A DNA stretch of 64,000 nt, from assembly GCA_905178155.1 (NCBI GenBank), contig CAJINV010000004.1:11205655-11269654 (forward strand). Direction: 5' to 3'. The position numbers and the translations under genes are program-made. The notes beneath the pieces were generated by a model. It saw only the letters and a program-made list of their open reading frames with translations, did not search any database and was not told the origin of the DNA. Below, piece after piece: positions 62,453 to 64,000 of the stretch. The DNA comes from Amoebophrya sp. A120 (taxonomy: Eukaryota; Protista; Dinoflagellata). Numbering within the stretch: position 1 is the stretch's first letter; every line of letters begins with the position of its first letter.

Positions 62453-64000
62453 CTAGCAATTATCCGCAGGATATTTGAGCTCCTGTGCCGAAAAGAGGTC
62501 GCGGTCAATCTGATCATCCTCATCGTCCTCTGCAGCACTCGTGGAGCCGGAGGACCGGGCGTCAGTATCTCTTCTTCTCTTCCTTGCGGCTGTTGTTGAT
62601 ATGGTATGTTCATGTTGGTTTTTACCTTCGAACCCCCAGCACCTTGTGGTCGCCATCTCCTCTACTATCACCACCTTGTCCCCTGCTTGTAGTCTCAAGT
62701 CCGTGCAGGCGACCTTGAATGCGCATTTTCGCAAAGCCTCCACGGTCGGTATGACCCGACTGAGAATCCCTGCCGCGCCGGGAAACACCGGAAGCTCTTC
62801 CACGTTCTGCAAGGTGAGGAAATCGACGCAGTCCTTGTTCTCTGTGCTGTCGAAGTCGATGTTATTTGTCGTCCCGTTTCGCCCATTTTTCTGCATCCCC
62901 CTCCAAGACACTGTAGTTTGCTCACACGAACCGGCGAGCACACGCAAGTCCAGAACTTTTTTCCTTTGTGGTATGATCTTATTGTTTTTCGTGCCCCCGC
63001 CACCGCCGGCCGAAGCTCCAGCAGAGGAGGAGAACGCAGTTGTCTTCACGGTTTGAACCCCTCCTTCGAACCCACAGGGAGAGGAAATGACGCTGGGAAA
63101 GTCGAAGAGGACAAAGACCAAAACGACCACGAAGGGCACGTAGAGAAAGCACAACACCGGGTACAGCACCGCGCCGGTGTGCTCGTAATCGGCAACGACT
63201 TTCCGGAGAAATTCCGGGACGTCTACACCGAGCAAATCCGGCACGGCAGTCTTGAGGATTACCTCGACCAAGTCGTCGGGTAGCATTTTCCCCACCTTCG
63301 GATTCGCCCGGGCGGAGCTTGTCGCGGTGTAGTAGCTTGGGAAGAGAAAACCATCCCTGATCTCCGCAAATCTGGGCACGTAGACCTCTCTTCTTTCCTC
63401 GGCGTCGACAGTCACGAGAAACACGTGGAAAGCGAGGAAGGAAAGAATCAGAAGTTGGCTGAACAGGTGTCTGCATCGCTGCAACGCCGTCCTTCGTGTG
63501 CTGCAAACCGAGAACCGCAGCGGCACCACCAAGATCAGTGGCGGAACCATTATCGCCGTGAAAAAGACCCCGAGCGCGTAGCAATACACCGTTAGAGCGC
63601 CGAGTAGCAGCGCGAAGGCGAGCACGCTCGCGCACTGCAACTCCTGGCCGCCGAAGCCCTTCTGCTGAATCTGCAGGGCGGTGAGAACGCGGCGGACGCA
63701 GTATCAGGATGCAAGGTGCCCGATGCCCTAAATAGATGAGGAAGTACAAGTATTTGCATGACAAAACGTGATCCAAGAAGAAAAGCGTCGGACTCGTTAT
63801 AATTTTCGTAGTGGTCTAGTCTGTATTTCTATTGTCGAAGACTTGGAAGTTTTACAATGAAGACATTTCAAAAATTCAGGACGAGGCGAGGCGCTTTATT
63901 TTTGCCGTTTGATACGCAAAGGAGCCACACGAAGTAAAGGAGTTTCAGCTGGCCGGACCGGAGATCGAAGAGACTTTCGTCGAAATTTTTCGCCGCGCCG
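62453..64000 (-). CDS. GPAA1: GPI transamidase subunit Gaa1-like, 3' part (runs off the window) with a C-terminal extension
   Basis: LQCASVLAFALLLGALTVYCYALGVFFTAIMVP and YEHTGAVLYPVLCFLYVP resemble the last TM helices of GPAA1 (recalled, not searched). Confidence 0.65.
63702..63914. mobile_element. Degenerate introner-like element (213 bp), TSD cgcag/cgcaa
   Basis: tatca...tgata ends, internal gcatgacaaaa, weak TIR; excision gives YFVWLLCVRRVLTAL. Confidence 0.7.

Noticed and set aside
4313-63914. CRISPR array or prokaryotic IS interpretation of the repeats
   Set aside because: Repeats are dispersed inverted pairs in intron-containing eukaryotic genes; no spacer array, cas gene or transposase ORF seen

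Overview
Eukaryotic (alveolate-like) genomic window. About 14 protein genes all lie on the minus strand: a low-complexity protein, an atypical Ser/Thr kinase, a PARP-type zinc-finger protein, a secreted orphan, a small basic protein, HMCES/SRAP, a kinesin-3, a giant amino-acid-permease-like protein, a GT90+GT31 glycosyltransferase fusion, an SMPD4-like protein, a MAPR/cytochrome-b5-like protein, a His-rich two-repeat protein, a large disordered protein and the 3' part of GPAA1. The dominant signal is 23 small TIR elements (145-816 bp, about 8 families). All end TAT...ATA (one has CAT at its plus-strand left end), are flanked by a 5-bp target-site duplication (TSD) and sit inside coding exons. 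In every case, removing the element plus exactly one TSD copy restores the reading frame, often through conserved motifs. By my manual check 21 of 23 offer no GT-AG, GC-AG, GA-AG or AT-AC junction for that exact excision, and copies occur in both orientations. They coexist with ordinary GT-AG introns. This matches the non-canonical introner elements reported for the syndinian parasite Amoebophrya (organism is my inference), whose excision mechanism is, to my knowledge, unresolved. All coordinates and gene models were derived by eye, without database searches.
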